NCBI RefSeq assembly: GCF_000175255.2
Contig: NC_017262.1
Location: forward strand, 1,890,001-1,922,000
Reading direction: 5' to 3'
DNA: 32,000 bases
Origin: Zymomonas mobilis subsp. mobilis ATCC 10988
GTDB taxonomy: Bacteria > Pseudomonadota > Alphaproteobacteria > Sphingomonadales > Sphingomonadaceae
This document shows, one piece after another, positions 10,232 through 20,479 of this stretch. The notes beneath the pieces are model-generated. The model did no database searches, had not been told where the DNA came from, and was given only the letters and a program-made list of their open reading frames with translations. Position 1 is the stretch's first letter. Each line of letters opens with the position of its first letter. A program made the translations under genes and the position numbers.

Positions 10232-11160
10232 GCGTTCTTGTCCTGATTGATTATAGCGGCGATGTCCTCGACGAAGGCAGCTTGTCAGCTATCACCGCCG
10301 CTTTTCAGATTGACAGCGAAGTCGATCTCTTGGTCGCTGGTGACAATATCCGTGTGGTTGCTGAAAAAGCTGCCAAGATTAAAGGCGTGCATAAAGTCCT
10401 GCTGGCTGATTCTCCAGTCTATGCTTCGTCTTTGGCTGAAAATATCGCACCTTTGGTCGTGAAATTGGCCGATTCCTATCAGGCGATCGTCGCCTCTGCC
10501 AATTCCAACGGTAAAAATATTGCTCCTCGCGTCGCGGCGTTATTGGATAGCCAACAAATATCGGAAATCATCACGGTCGTTTCCTCTGATACTTTCCGCC
10601 GTCCGATTTATGCGGGTAATGCCATTGCGACAGTGCAATCGGCTGACAGCAAAAAAGTTATTACGGTTCGGGCAACGGCTTTTGAAAAGGCCGAAGCTGA
10701 AGGTGGCGATGCTCCTATTGAAGCTGTCGATGCTACGGAAGATAGCGGTCTTTCCCGCTTTATTTCAGTAGATCTACAGCAATCCGGTCGCGCTGATCTC
10801 AGCACAGCACCTCTTGTTGTGTCTGGCGGTCGCGCTTTGGGTTCGCCTGAAAAATTCCACGAATTGATCGAAGGTTTTGCTGACCGTGTCCATGCGGCAG
10901 TAGGGGCTTCTCGCGCTGCGGTCGATTCCGAATATGCCCCCAATGATTGTCAGGTCGGACAGACTGGTAAAATCGTGGCACCGGAAGTCTATATCGCCGT
11001 CGGTATCTCTGGCGCTATCCAGCATCTCGCTGGCATGAAAGATTCCCGCAAGATTGCGGCTATCAATATCGACCCCGAAGCCCCGATTTTCCAGATTGCC
11101 GATATTGGTCTGGTCGGTGATCTTTTCGAAGTCATGCCAGCCTTGATCGAAAAATTCTAA
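10228..11160 (+). CDS. etfA: Electron transfer flavoprotein subunit alpha
   Basis: [25 protein letters not shown]...; FAD-binding region [13 protein letters not shown]...[76 protein letters not shown]. Start chosen at 10228 (ATGA overlap with the etfB stop) rather than the tracked 10213. Confidence 0.97.
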   Translation: MSVLVLIDYSGDVLDEGSLSAITAAFQIDSEVDLLVAGDNIRVVAEKAAKIKGVHKVLLADSPVYASSLAENIAPLVVKLADSYQAIVASANSNGKNIAPRVAALLDSQQISEIITVVSSDTFRRPIYAGNAIATVQSADSKKVITVRATAFEKAEAEGGDAPIEAVDATEDSGLSRFISVDLQQSGRADLSTAPLVVSGGRALGSPEKFHELIEGFADRVHAAVGASRAAVDSEYAPNDCQVGQTGKIVAPEVYIAVGISGAIQHLAGMKDSRKIAAINIDPEAPIFQIADIGLVGDLFEVMPALIEKF

Positions 11161-11201
11161 ATCCTTTTTCCCTGTCGCAAGACAAGGCTATTCAATAAAC
11201 G

Positions 11202-11244
11202 AAATCCGGATGACAAGACAAAGGCTTGTTGTCCGGATTTTTTA
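11202..11244 (+). terminator. Rho-independent terminator after etfBA
   Basis: AAATCCGGATGACAAG...CTTGTTGTCCGGATTTTTT hairpin with one internal mismatch and a T tract. Confidence 0.75.
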
Positions 11245-11492
11245 TATCAACTGGCTTCACGCCTCTCTTTTTTCAAAGAGATAATCTTGGTCAATTTGTT
11301 ATCTTCGCTTCCCATCCTCGCCGTTACGGTTCTAATAAAGTTCGATATTCTCAATAGTCTGGCAATGAGTCGTCAAAATAGTTTGAAACTGTTCTAAGAC
11401 GACGCCGTTCTGTAAGTGAGATAGATAAACCTGCTCAAAAGGCAGAAATGCCGATAGTCCTTAATGTCTGGCAGGTATCAATGGAGAAGAAG

Positions 11493-12200
11493 ATGACCGA
11501 AGCCGAATGGTGGGAATTTGAAAATGTCGAAGCTATGGCAAAACAGATTGCCGACGACATCGAATTTATTATCAAGCAAGCCATTGAGAAAAAAGGCCGT
11601 GCTTTAATCATCGTTCCGGGTGGTTCTACACCGAAACTGGTTTTCCCGACGCTCGCGGCCCGTGACCTCGATTGGTCAAAAGTAACGCTGATGCTGACCG
11701 ATGACCGTCTGGTTGCCAAAGATAATCCGTTAAGCAATTTTGGCCTTCTGACCAAACATTTCGGCAATAGCGGTGCTGAACTGGTCTCCTTGATTGATGA
11801 AAATTATCTGGATGACCGCGCTGCCGCTGGCCGTGCCGCAGACCAGAAACTGGCTTCTTATAAATGGCCTGCCGATCTCGTTTGGTTGGGTATGGGGAAT
11901 GATGGCCATACCGCTTCTATTTTCCCAGGACCTAATTTCGACGAAGCTGTTAACGGGCCCCGTGAACGCCGCGCTCTTGGCCTTCTTCCGGTTCCGTTAC
12001 CGCCAGAAGCACCGGTTGCCCGCGTAACCCTTAGCTTGTCCACGCTGGCTTCTGCTCATACTGTTATGGTGGTTATCACTGGCGATCATAAACGCACGGT
12101 TCTGACCGATGCTTTGAAAGAAGGCGCTTCCAGCCGTCTTCCGGTTGGCCGCGTTCTCGGTGAAACCGAAGCCTCCATCGATGTGTACTGGAGCAAATAA
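11493..12200 (+). CDS. pgl: 6-phosphogluconolactonase
   Basis: MTEAEWWEFENVEAMAKQIADDIE...ALIIVPGGSTPKLVFPTLAARDLDWSKVTLMLTDDRLV...DLVWLGMGNDGHTASIFP. DevB/Pgl motifs. The track start is 11448; the internal Met at 11493 seems more likely. Confidence 0.93.
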   Translation: MTEAEWWEFENVEAMAKQIADDIEFIIKQAIEKKGRALIIVPGGSTPKLVFPTLAARDLDWSKVTLMLTDDRLVAKDNPLSNFGLLTKHFGNSGAELVSLIDENYLDDRAAAGRAADQKLASYKWPADLVWLGMGNDGHTASIFPGPNFDEAVNGPRERRALGLLPVPLPPEAPVARVTLSLSTLASAHTVMVVITGDHKRTVLTDALKEGASSRLPVGRVLGETEASIDVYWSK

Positions 12201-12234
12201 GCAAGCTCTGCTTTTTTGTTTTAATAACCCTATT

Positions 12235-12272
12235 AAAAAACCCGTATCCATTCTTGGATGCGGGTTTTTTTA
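12235..12272 (+). terminator. Rho-independent terminator after pgl
   Basis: AAAAAACCCGTATCCATTCTTGGATGCGGGTTTTTTTT strong hairpin plus T-run. Confidence 0.85.
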
Positions 12273-12593
12273 CTGCCGATGTTCTGGCGGCAAATCACCA
12301 TCAAAGGCAATTCGGCGCAAACATTCCCGATAAAGGATTTTCATTTTTTCGTCTTTGGGTGATTTAGGTGCCAGATAACGGCATTCTAAAAATTTTTGCT
12401 CTCTTTGAGAGGTTCCTTCTGTCGGCAAGGCGGTATTTATAACAACGGGAGCCTCTATTCCCGATTTATGCCGGACAGACATATGGCTTGATGGCGCCGA
12501 TATAACCAAGAGTAAACAAAGAGCTACTGCCGTTAAAGAGGAAAGTAACACGGCAGCCAGACAGATTACGCTATTAGCAGATAAACGAAACAA
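12270..12593 (-). CDS. Small hypothetical protein with N-terminal signal/membrane segment
   Basis: 107 aa ORF: MFRLSANSVICLAAVLLSSLTAVALCLLLVISAPSS..., Cys-containing C-terminal part (FLECRYLAP..., LYRECLRRIAF). Isolated convergent ORF with no better alternative in that interval. Confidence 0.55.
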   Translation of the reverse strand: MFRLSANSVICLAAVLLSSLTAVALCLLLVISAPSSHMSVRHKSGIEAPVVINTALPTEGTSQREQKFLECRYLAPKSPKDEKMKILYRECLRRIAFDGDLPPEHRQ

Positions 12594-12828
12594 GGGTATT
12601 CCATTTCAAAAAAGCTATCGTGAAAGCATATCATATTCTATTCGTTAGTAAAAATAGATAAAAACAATGCTGAATAAAGCTGTGAGTGAAGCACTCTTTT
12701 ATCCAAAGGCTATCTTTATAAAGCCTTAATTGAAAAATCCGCTGCTATAAAAATAGGGAGAAAAGAATACCTTTCCTCCCTATTTCTCAAAATCTGTCCT
12801 ATCCTTGATAGGCTTCAATCATAGTTAA

Positions 12829-15291
12829 TTATAAAGAAACATCGACTTTAAAATAATAGAAGCCCCCATTCATGCCCAATTGGGACGTGCTCATATTATA
12901 TTGTGGCACGCCCAAATAGCGATGTGCGACAGGCACACGGCTAGGACGGGCATTGAACAGATTGTTGGCACCTATCGTCAAAGCCAGCTTCGGATTTACT
13001 CGATAAGTAATATCGAGGTTGGTCACAAATTTAGGCTGGTTCAGGAATTTGAAGAAATCATAGGCCGATGCCACCGATGTATTGGCTACCCCTTTGTAAT
13101 AAGCCAATTGAGACGTGGTCTTTCCCCAGCGGATTTCATGTAAACCGACAATCCATTTTTTGTCACCGCTAGTGAACTGACCGCCCCAGATAATCTTACT
13201 ACGCGGATAAGCCGTGGTGATATAAGCAATACTCTGCGCCGTCAGAAGGTCATTTCCTTGGGCATCTGTGCTTTGATGGGTCAAGATGGTGCGATTGACA
13301 TTCGCCGCGACGCTCCAATCAATCCGTCCGATATCGCCCAGATAGGTCGGATAGGTAGCCGTAATATCAATACCACGGGTGCGGGTGCTAGCGACATTGG
13401 CAAACCAATGGGTCGATAGCGAAGCCGTTGCCCAACTCGAGGCATCAGATGGCAAGGTAAAACCGTTCATCGCCAAGGCGGTTAAAGCCTGATCACCATA
13501 GACATTACCCCCCGGCAAAATCTGATCACGCAGCTTAATCTGATAAAGATCAGCTGTAATGACCAATCTTTTGATCGGTTCAAAGGTTACACCCGCTGTA
13601 ATATTGGTTGACCGCTCCGGTTTTAGTTTCTGAGCGCCATTCGCCAAAGCCCCGGGCGAGCTAGCGCTGATAATACCGTGGGCAGCCGTTGGAGATAAGG
13701 TAACCGCGCTATAATATTCCTGCGCCAAAGTTGGAGCATGAAAGGCATTGGACAAGGTTGCTCGGAATCCCAACCATTTGAAAGGATCATAGCGCAGCGC
13801 CACCTTTCCGGTTTTGGTATCCCCGACATCAGAATAATGCTCGTAACGGCCAGCAACATCAATTTGTAACTGTTTGACGAGATGGGTCGCTACATCAAAA
13901 TATCCACCAAAGACATTCCGGCTAAATTTGCCCGCATTGGCAGCCGCCGTGCCGGGGAGGGCATCTGACCCGCTTCCATAGGTTGAATCTGCTGATCCCG
14001 CACCAATGGTATAGCTCTCATAACGATGCGTTGCCCCACCAGCGACATTGATTTCGTGAGGCCAACCATCAATGTGGAAAGCCTTGCTGAAATCAATGGC
14101 ATTACTCCATTGCTGATTATTAAACCGCTGAACACCTTTAAAGGTAGTCGGTGTTCTGCCTGTATCCCGTGACAATTGCAGATTGGCAGAATCTTTAAGA
14201 CCGATATTATCATAGTCACGGCCATAAACACTGGAAACATCCCAGTTCCAGCCTTTGATTTTACCCTTTAAGCCGGCCATGATTTCCCAATCATTTTCAT
14301 TGATGGTCTCAATAGGCGAGTAACCATTGGGATAAATAGCCGCATAACCGGGGTAATTGGTTAATGAACTCGGCAGACGATAATTTTGATAAGCACCGGC
14401 AGAACGATGGGCATAAGTGGCTAAACCATAGGCCTCGATATTATCAGTGATTTCATAGCCACCTTTAATCGCAAAGCTTTCTCGGGTCTGTTCTGGCTGT
14501 CCTAGTAATTTGTTGTCTTTAGTGCCGGTTCTCAAATCAGCTGCACTGCGATAGGTATGGTTTTGGCGCAGGAAATCACCACTGACATGAAGATAGCCGC
14601 GAGACCCCAATTTGGTGCCACCATCGAGATACACACCCTGCTGGAAACCGTCTTTAGCAGCAGTAATACCGGTCAAAGTCTGGGCATGGAAGCCGTGATC
14701 CTGTTTTTTCAGGATAATATTAACAACCCCTGCAACAGCATCAGAGCCATATTGCGCCGAAGCCCCGTCACGTAACACTTCGATATGGTCGATTGCTGCC
14801 ATCGGAATCATGTCAATATCGACAGGCGTGGATCCCTGCTGTGGACCCGGATTGGCATAGATATTGGCAGTTGTATGGCGACGTTTTCCATCGACCAAGA
14901 CAAGGGTTTCGTTCGGGCTAAGCCCTCTTAAACTTAAGGAATCTGTTAACGCACCGCTATCATATCCACCGTTTGGTACGGTCAAAGAAGGTAATAGCTG
15001 TGTCAGAGCATCACGCAAACTGGGCATACCTGTCTGGGCAAGCTGTTTTGCGGAAATAATATCAATGGGGGAAATACTTTCGCGGGCTTTTTTACCGGTT
15101 TCGCGGGTTCCGGTGACAATAATCGCATCCCCTGCATTCCCAGCAACATTCGAAGGATTCTCAGCTATATTATCAAGTGCCGGCTTGGCGGCTGTCTCCG
15201 ACGTTTCACTTGCAAAAGCGATCGTCGGATATTGTAAAAAGGTTGAGGAAAGGCAAACAAAAAAGCCACCCTTGAGGAATACTCGCTTCAT
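12829..15291 (-). CDS. TonB-dependent outer-membrane receptor
   Basis: Signal peptide, TonB box-like DAIIVTGTRE, plug domain (SLSLRGLSPNETLVLVDGKRRHTTANIY...IDHIEVLRDGASAQYGSDAVAGVVNIILKK), C-terminal barrel with TIGANNLFNARPSR and terminal FKVDVSL. Confidence 0.95.
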   Translation of the reverse strand: MKRVFLKGGFFVCLSSTFLQYPTIAFASETSETAAKPALDNIAENPSNVAGNAGDAIIVTGTRETGKKARESISPIDIISAKQLAQTGMPSLRDALTQLLPSLTVPNGGYDSGALTDSLSLRGLSPNETLVLVDGKRRHTTANIYANPGPQQGSTPVDIDMIPMAAIDHIEVLRDGASAQYGSDAVAGVVNIILKKQDHGFHAQTLTGITAAKDGFQQGVYLDGGTKLGSRGYLHVSGDFLRQNHTYRSAADLRTGTKDNKLLGQPEQTRESFAIKGGYEITDNIEAYGLATYAHRSAGAYQNYRLPSSLTNYPGYAAIYPNGYSPIETINENDWEIMAGLKGKIKGWNWDVSSVYGRDYDNIGLKDSANLQLSRDTGRTPTTFKGVQRFNNQQWSNAIDFSKAFHIDGWPHEINVAGGATHRYESYTIGAGSADSTYGSGSDALPGTAAANAGKFSRNVFGGYFDVATHLVKQLQIDVAGRYEHYSDVGDTKTGKVALRYDPFKWLGFRATLSNAFHAPTLAQEYYSAVTLSPTAAHGIISASSPGALANGAQKLKPERSTNITAGVTFEPIKRLVITADLYQIKLRDQILPGGNVYGDQALTALAMNGFTLPSDASSWATASLSTHWFANVASTRTRGIDITATYPTYLGDIGRIDWSVAANVNRTILTHQSTDAQGNDLLTAQSIAYITTAYPRSKIIWGGQFTSGDKKWIVGLHEIRWGKTTSQLAYYKGVANTSVASAYDFFKFLNQPKFVTNLDITYRVNPKLALTIGANNLFNARPSRVPVAHRYLGVPQYNMSTSQLGMNGGFYYFKVDVSL

Positions 15292-15784
15292 AACACGCCC
15301 CCCATAATTTGTTAGTCTTGCATCTGACCTTTTTGTGAGATGATTTTAAAGAAAAGATTTGTTTTCAGAGCTAAAGGAAACATTTTTCTCGTAATATTAT
15401 TGTGAAAGAGAAGGATATTTTATAAAAAATTTATTCAAATGTCTAGTGATGTAATTTTAATTTTGCATATATTGTGTCTTTTTTAATACAAAATACCAAA
15501 ATGTAAAAATATAACGCATCTATCTTGTTTAATTAGACGTGGGGAAAAATAGCTATGCCACTTTCGCGAGAAAGAATATGGCCTGTTGTTGCTATGTATT
15601 TTTCGCTTAGTTATTGAATAGTAACGTTTTTATGTAAAAATTCTCTTCCCTTTGTGGACATCAAAACACTATTTCAAAGGCTTCATTTTGTTTTGAATGT
15701 ATAAAAAAACCGAAATAATCTGAATTTTTTCTTCAAGGTCACTTTGGCCTTGGGGTGCTTTGAACACCCTTTAAGGCCAGAGAA

Positions 15785-16522
15785 CTATTCGGCTTTAGAC
15801 ATTGGGCAGATAGCCTGTCGTAAAGGCGCAAGACCTCGACTAGCACGGCGGGCATCCAACTGGTCTTTATCAATCACAGGATACAGGGAGCCATCCGGCT
15901 TTACTCTTGTTCCATAGATTTGGGGCTTACCGTCTTTTGCCAAAAGCTGATCTTCGAGAATAGCGAGATAATCACCGGGAAAATCTTGTCGTGCAAAAAG
16001 ACGCCGCATCATATCCAAGGCATTTCTTTGAAAAGCAAAATCACGAGACCGTTGAATTAAAGAAAACTCAGCCGCGACCCCCTGACCACCAATTTGAGAT
16101 ACCGAAAAAAGCCCTTCTTTTTCGATCATTTTTTTAAAATCTCGAGTGTTTTTGCGGTCTGTTTCTTCGACTTCTTTCCAGTCGATCGGCTGACCTTTTG
16201 TAAAATGGTTCCGAACCGCCTGTTCATGCTCACTCATCGCAATCAGGATTTTTGCCTGCTTTTTAAATGAATCCGCTGCTTTGACATCCTGAAAATGCCG
16301 ACTGTTTAATTCTGCGCCGGGGAAGGAAAGGTCACAACTCTCGGCTACAGATTCTATTGGCTTCGTAAAAGGCTGCTCTGCCAGAGCGATAACCGAAAAA
16401 GATGAAAATATCAGAAAAATGATTTTCTTTTGAAAAGCAGACAGCCCAACAGGCATCTTATCATTCGTCATAGGGCGATGACCTGATAAATATGAAAAAG
16501 CGTTCAATGCCTTTTTAATCAT
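15785..16522 (-). CDS. Secreted hypothetical protein, DUF6624-like
   Basis: Signal-like segment IIFLIFSSFSVIALA; C-terminal ...YLAILEDQLLAKDGKPQIYGTRVKPDGSLYPVIDKDQLDARRASRGLAPL resembles DUF6624 proteins (GKPQIYGT motif). True start may be an internal Met. Confidence 0.7.
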   Translation of the reverse strand: MIKKALNAFSYLSGHRPMTNDKMPVGLSAFQKKIIFLIFSSFSVIALAEQPFTKPIESVAESCDLSFPGAELNSRHFQDVKAADSFKKQAKILIAMSEHEQAVRNHFTKGQPIDWKEVEETDRKNTRDFKKMIEKEGLFSVSQIGGQGVAAEFSLIQRSRDFAFQRNALDMMRRLFARQDFPGDYLAILEDQLLAKDGKPQIYGTRVKPDGSLYPVIDKDQLDARRASRGLAPLRQAICPMSKAE

Positions 16523-16965
16523 TGTCCAATGTATCTCTTTTTATTTTGGTAAAGAATCATGTTTTTTGAAGAAAAATTATATTTACCAAAGCATAGTCTA
16601 CTTTTATTTCTAAGGTAAATTTATACATAAATTATTTTCTTCAAAAGAAGAAATGATATCTATAAAAATGTTGAAATATTTTTCAAAATTTTTTTTATAA
16701 AAAGAAAATTTCTATTATAGAAAATGCCAATATTTTATTTTATTCCCATTATTCTTTCATTACTATTATCGGACATCATACTTGTTGAATGAGGCTTTTT
16801 CAGCTATGGAAGCCTTCATTCGTCAGAGAATTAATGCGGTTCACGTGTTAATTCTGGTTATGGTATCGAATCTTTTTATAGTCCCCCTCATGCCTTTTCA
16901 CAGGATAACAGGTCGGAAAAAAGATAAAAGATAGATACTAATCTTTCTAAATGGACAGGAAACAC

Positions 16966-18783
16966 ATGAGCCTGCGCAACGTGGCCATCATCGCGCATGT
17001 CGATCACGGCAAAACGACGCTTGTCGATCAGTTATTTCGTCAATCAGGTACTTTCCGTGAAAATCAGCGGATCGATGAAAGAGCAATGGACTCCGGCGAT
17101 CTTGAAAAAGAACGCGGTATTACCATTCTCGCCAAATGCACCTCGATTGAATGGAACGGCAAACGTATCAATATCGTCGATACGCCCGGCCATGCTGACT
17201 TTGGCGGTGAAGTAGAACGTATTCTTTCTATGGTTGACGGTGTTATTCTGCTGGTAGATGCCGCAGAAGGCCCTATGCCACAGACCAAATTCGTGACCAG
17301 CAAAGCCTTGGCACTCGGTCTGAAACCCATCGTGGTCGTCAATAAAATTGATCGTCCCGATGCGCGTGCAGCCGAAGTCCTGGACGAAGTTTTCGACCTC
17401 TTCGTGACCTTAGGTGCCAGCGATGAACAGCTGGACTTCCCGGTTCTTTATGCTTCCGGTCGTAATGGTTACGCGGGTGAAAGCGAAGAAGTTCGTGAAG
17501 GCACCTTGGCACCGTTGTTTGAAAAGATTGTCAGTCACGTCAATGCCCCGAAAGTTGACGCGGATGCACCGTTCCGTTTTCTGGTAACGCTGCTTGATCG
17601 CGACAATTTCGTCGGTCGTATTCTGACGGGTCGTATTGATGCCGGTAAGCTTTCTTTGAATCAACCTATCCATGCTATTGATATGGACGGTAATATTCTT
17701 GAAACTGGCCGTGCTTCAAAAATTATGGCTTTCCGTGGTCTGGAACGTGTTCCGGTTGAAGAAGCCTCTGCCGGTGACATTATCAGCCTTGCTGGTCTTA
17801 CGGTCGCAACGGTTGCCAATACGATTGCTGACCCATCCGTCAAAGAACCGATCGCTGCTCAGCCGATTGATCCGCCTACCTTGTCCATGCGTTTCTCTGT
17901 GAACGATTCTCCTTTGGCGGGTAAAGAAGGCACCAAGGTCACCAGCCGGATGATCCGTGACCGTCTGATGGTCGAAGCTGAATCCAATGTGGCTATCCGC
18001 GTCACTGAATCCGACGAAAAAGACAGCTTTGAAGTCGCCGGTCGTGGTGAATTGCAGCTGGGTGTTTTGATCGAAACGATGCGCCGCGAAGGTTTTGAAC
18101 TTTCCATCAGCCGTCCGCGCGTGCTGTTCACCGAAGGTGAAAATGGCCGCGAAGAACCGTATGAAACGGTCGTTATCGATGTTGATGACGAATTTTCCGG
18201 CACGGTCGTCGAAAAAATGTCACTGCGTAAAGCTGAACTGGTCGACATGCGTCCTTCAGGTGGCGGCAAAACCCGTATCACTTTCTCGGCTCCGTCACGG
18301 GGTTTGATCGGTTATCATGGTGAATTCTTGTCCGATACCCGTGGTACCGGTATTATGAACCGCCTGTTTGAGAAATATGGCCCCTATAAAGGCCCGATCT
18401 CTGGCCGTCAGAATGGTGTGCTGATTTCTCTTGGTACCGGCGCTTCTGTTGCTTTCGCCCTTGGTTCTCTCGAAGAACGCGGCGTTCTGTTCATTGGTGC
18501 TGGCGAAACCGTTTACGAAGGCATGATCATTGGTGAAAATGCTCGTGAAGGTGACTTAGAAGTCAACCCGCTCCGTGCAAAACAGCTTACCAATATGCGT
18601 TCTTCCGGTAAGGATGATGCCATTCGTTTGACGCCACCGCGCGCTATGACGCTGGAACAGGCTATCGCTTATATCGCTGATGATGAACTGGTCGAAGTGA
18701 CGCCCAAATCTGTTCGTCTGCGTAAACGTTGGCTCGATCCGAATGAACGCAAGCGTCATGCTCGTGCCAGTAAAAACCTCTAG
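16966..18783 (+). CDS. typA: Ribosome-associated translational GTPase TypA/BipA
   Basis: [63 protein letters not shown]...[42 protein letters not shown]...[10 protein letters not shown]. The tracked start at 16951 adds MDRKH; 16966 matches the family N-terminus. Confidence 0.97.
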   Translation: MSLRNVAIIAHVDHGKTTLVDQLFRQSGTFRENQRIDERAMDSGDLEKERGITILAKCTSIEWNGKRINIVDTPGHADFGGEVERILSMVDGVILLVDAAEGPMPQTKFVTSKALALGLKPIVVVNKIDRPDARAAEVLDEVFDLFVTLGASDEQLDFPVLYASGRNGYAGESEEVREGTLAPLFEKIVSHVNAPKVDADAPFRFLVTLLDRDNFVGRILTGRIDAGKLSLNQPIHAIDMDGNILETGRASKIMAFRGLERVPVEEASAGDIISLAGLTVATVANTIADPSVKEPIAAQPIDPPTLSMRFSVNDSPLAGKEGTKVTSRMIRDRLMVEAESNVAIRVTESDEKDSFEVAGRGELQLGVLIETMRREGFELSISRPRVLFTEGENGREEPYETVVIDVDDEFSGTVVEKMSLRKAELVDMRPSGGGKTRITFSAPSRGLIGYHGEFLSDTRGTGIMNRLFEKYGPYKGPISGRQNGVLISLGTGASVAFALGSLEERGVLFIGAGETVYEGMIIGENAREGDLEVNPLRAKQLTNMRSSGKDDAIRLTPPRAMTLEQAIAYIADDELVEVTPKSVRLRKRWLDPNERKRHARASKNL

Positions 18784-18857
18784 CTGATTTTCGATCTGTC
18801 AAATTTAGGACTGTCAAAAAAATAACAGCCCCTTTGATAGCTCGCGTCAGAGTTTTA

Positions 18858-18897
18858 TGAAAAAGCGCCTTCTGTTCAGGAAGGCGCTTTTTTCTTT
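18858..18897 (+). terminator. Rho-independent terminator after typA
   Basis: GAAAAAGCGCCTTC tgttcag GAAGGCGCTTTTTTC, long GC-rich stem with T-run; coordinates approximate by a few nt. Confidence 0.85.
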
Positions 18898-19009
18898 TAA
18901 GATATTGTTGTTTTTTGCCATATAAAAAGCATGGCATCATTCTTGCTTTATCCTGATCGACTGCCCTTATCATAACAGTCTGGACAGAATAACAGGGGGA
19001 CTATCCAGC

Positions 19010-19906
19010 GTGACAACCAATTTTGTTTCGCTTTCAAAAAAAATTGAAGGTCGCATGGAATCTATCCGCATGGCCATTGACCAAGCAGCACAGGATTCCG
19101 GTGTTGATTTCTCTTATCTTATGGCACAAGCCCGTTGCGAAAGCGGTCTTAATCCTCATGCCAAAGCGCAAGGGTCAACAGCGGCTGGTCTGTTCCAATT
19201 CCTCAATCAAAGCTGGCTTGGTGTTCTAAAACAGCATGGCGATGAATATGGCTATGGCTGGGCGGCTGATGCAATTAGCCGAGAAGGAGGACGTTGGGTT
19301 GTCCATAATCAGGAATTAAAATCCCGTATTTTTGAACTTCGGGAAGAACCTGCGGCGGCAGCAGCGATGGCGGGGGCTTTTGCTGCTGACAATGCCCAAA
19401 AACTAAAACAATGTCTGGGTCGTCCGGCCAGTCGGGGTGAATTATATTTTGCCCATTTTCTCGGGGCAGCAGGTGCCAGCCGTTTCCTGACAAAAAGAGC
19501 CGCTGATGGGAATGCTTGCGCTGCACTTCATTTCCCCAAAGAAGCTAAAGCCAATCGGGCAGTATTCTATACTCATGAAGGGAAGGGACGTAGCTTTGAT
19601 GAGGTTTATCATATGCTGGCTTCACGTCTTGACCGGAATGCCAATGATGCCGATAGCGAATGGCTGAAAAAAGGTAATCTTCACTACGCTGCCCATTATA
19701 AGGTCATCCCCGACCGCTTTGAATCTCCACAAAATAACGCCCGTCTTATTTCTCTGGCGATGCAGGGTGTCGATGGTATGACGGCTGCTGCGATGCTAAG
19801 CCACCGTCCTAATACTCATAGCGCTACCAATGCTGATGCCCATAAATATTCTAATGATGCCAGAATGGCCTATGCTCTGATTTCTTCCTCATTGAGCAAT
19901 ATCTAA
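19010..19906 (+). CDS. Lytic transglycosylase (SLT domain)-like protein
   Basis: YLMAQARCESGLNPHAKAQGSTAAGLFQFLNQSWLGVLKQHG (SLT catalytic ES and GLFQF motif), later GELYFAHFLGAAGASRFL. Confidence 0.85.
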   Translation: MTTNFVSLSKKIEGRMESIRMAIDQAAQDSGVDFSYLMAQARCESGLNPHAKAQGSTAAGLFQFLNQSWLGVLKQHGDEYGYGWAADAISREGGRWVVHNQELKSRIFELREEPAAAAAMAGAFAADNAQKLKQCLGRPASRGELYFAHFLGAAGASRFLTKRAADGNACAALHFPKEAKANRAVFYTHEGKGRSFDEVYHMLASRLDRNANDADSEWLKKGNLHYAAHYKVIPDRFESPQNNARLISLAMQGVDGMTAAAMLSHRPNTHSATNADAHKYSNDARMAYALISSSLSNI

Positions 19907-20479
19907 CCCTAAAATTCTAAATCTGACCATATTTAGACCAAAAACCAGTCGGGAAAAGATATGCACTCATCTCTTTCCCGATCATCATCTGAAAGAAAAT
20001 AAAGAATATTCCAATAGGATATTCTAACGGGTTTTACCGTTTTTACTCTTGGTTATCGGCTATGCCATTTTGCGCAAGCATTTTGAATGCTGTCTATTTG
20101 CGGTATTTTTTATATATTATTTTTATAATATGGCTGTTTCTATTTGTTTTTAAACAACCATAATAAATAAATATATTTCTTCATTAAAAAATATTTATAC
20201 ACAATAATATTATTATTTGTTTTTCTATATATGAATCAATAAAACCTATAATGAATATTTATATGCCATAGAATAATAGCATTTATAATAAGAAATTATA
20301 TTCAATGATAAGAAAGATTTTATTCTATCTACTCTCCATTGACTCTGAAACAATACGACACAAATAGGCCTTGCTGTTGGTGCGCTCTCCTCGACACAAC
20401 AATAGTGATCCGTATCAGTATACTAGATTGACTACTGATTTTTGAAGCAAGCTGAACAGCACTCACAGGAGTGAAGCAA

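Noticed and set aside
11202-11244. Initially considered as a possible repeat element downstream of etfA
   Set aside because: A hairpin with an immediate T-run right after an operon end is adequately explained as an intrinsic terminator.
13623-14775. Plus-strand ORFs inside the TonB receptor gene
   Set aside because: Antisense to a clear 820-aa receptor with intact plug and barrel motifs; no independent support.
17064-18281. Several antisense ORFs (17064-17342, 17410-17673, 17859-18281) inside typA
   Set aside because: These are shadow ORFs on the opposite strand of a highly conserved gene; the translations look like codon-bias artefacts.
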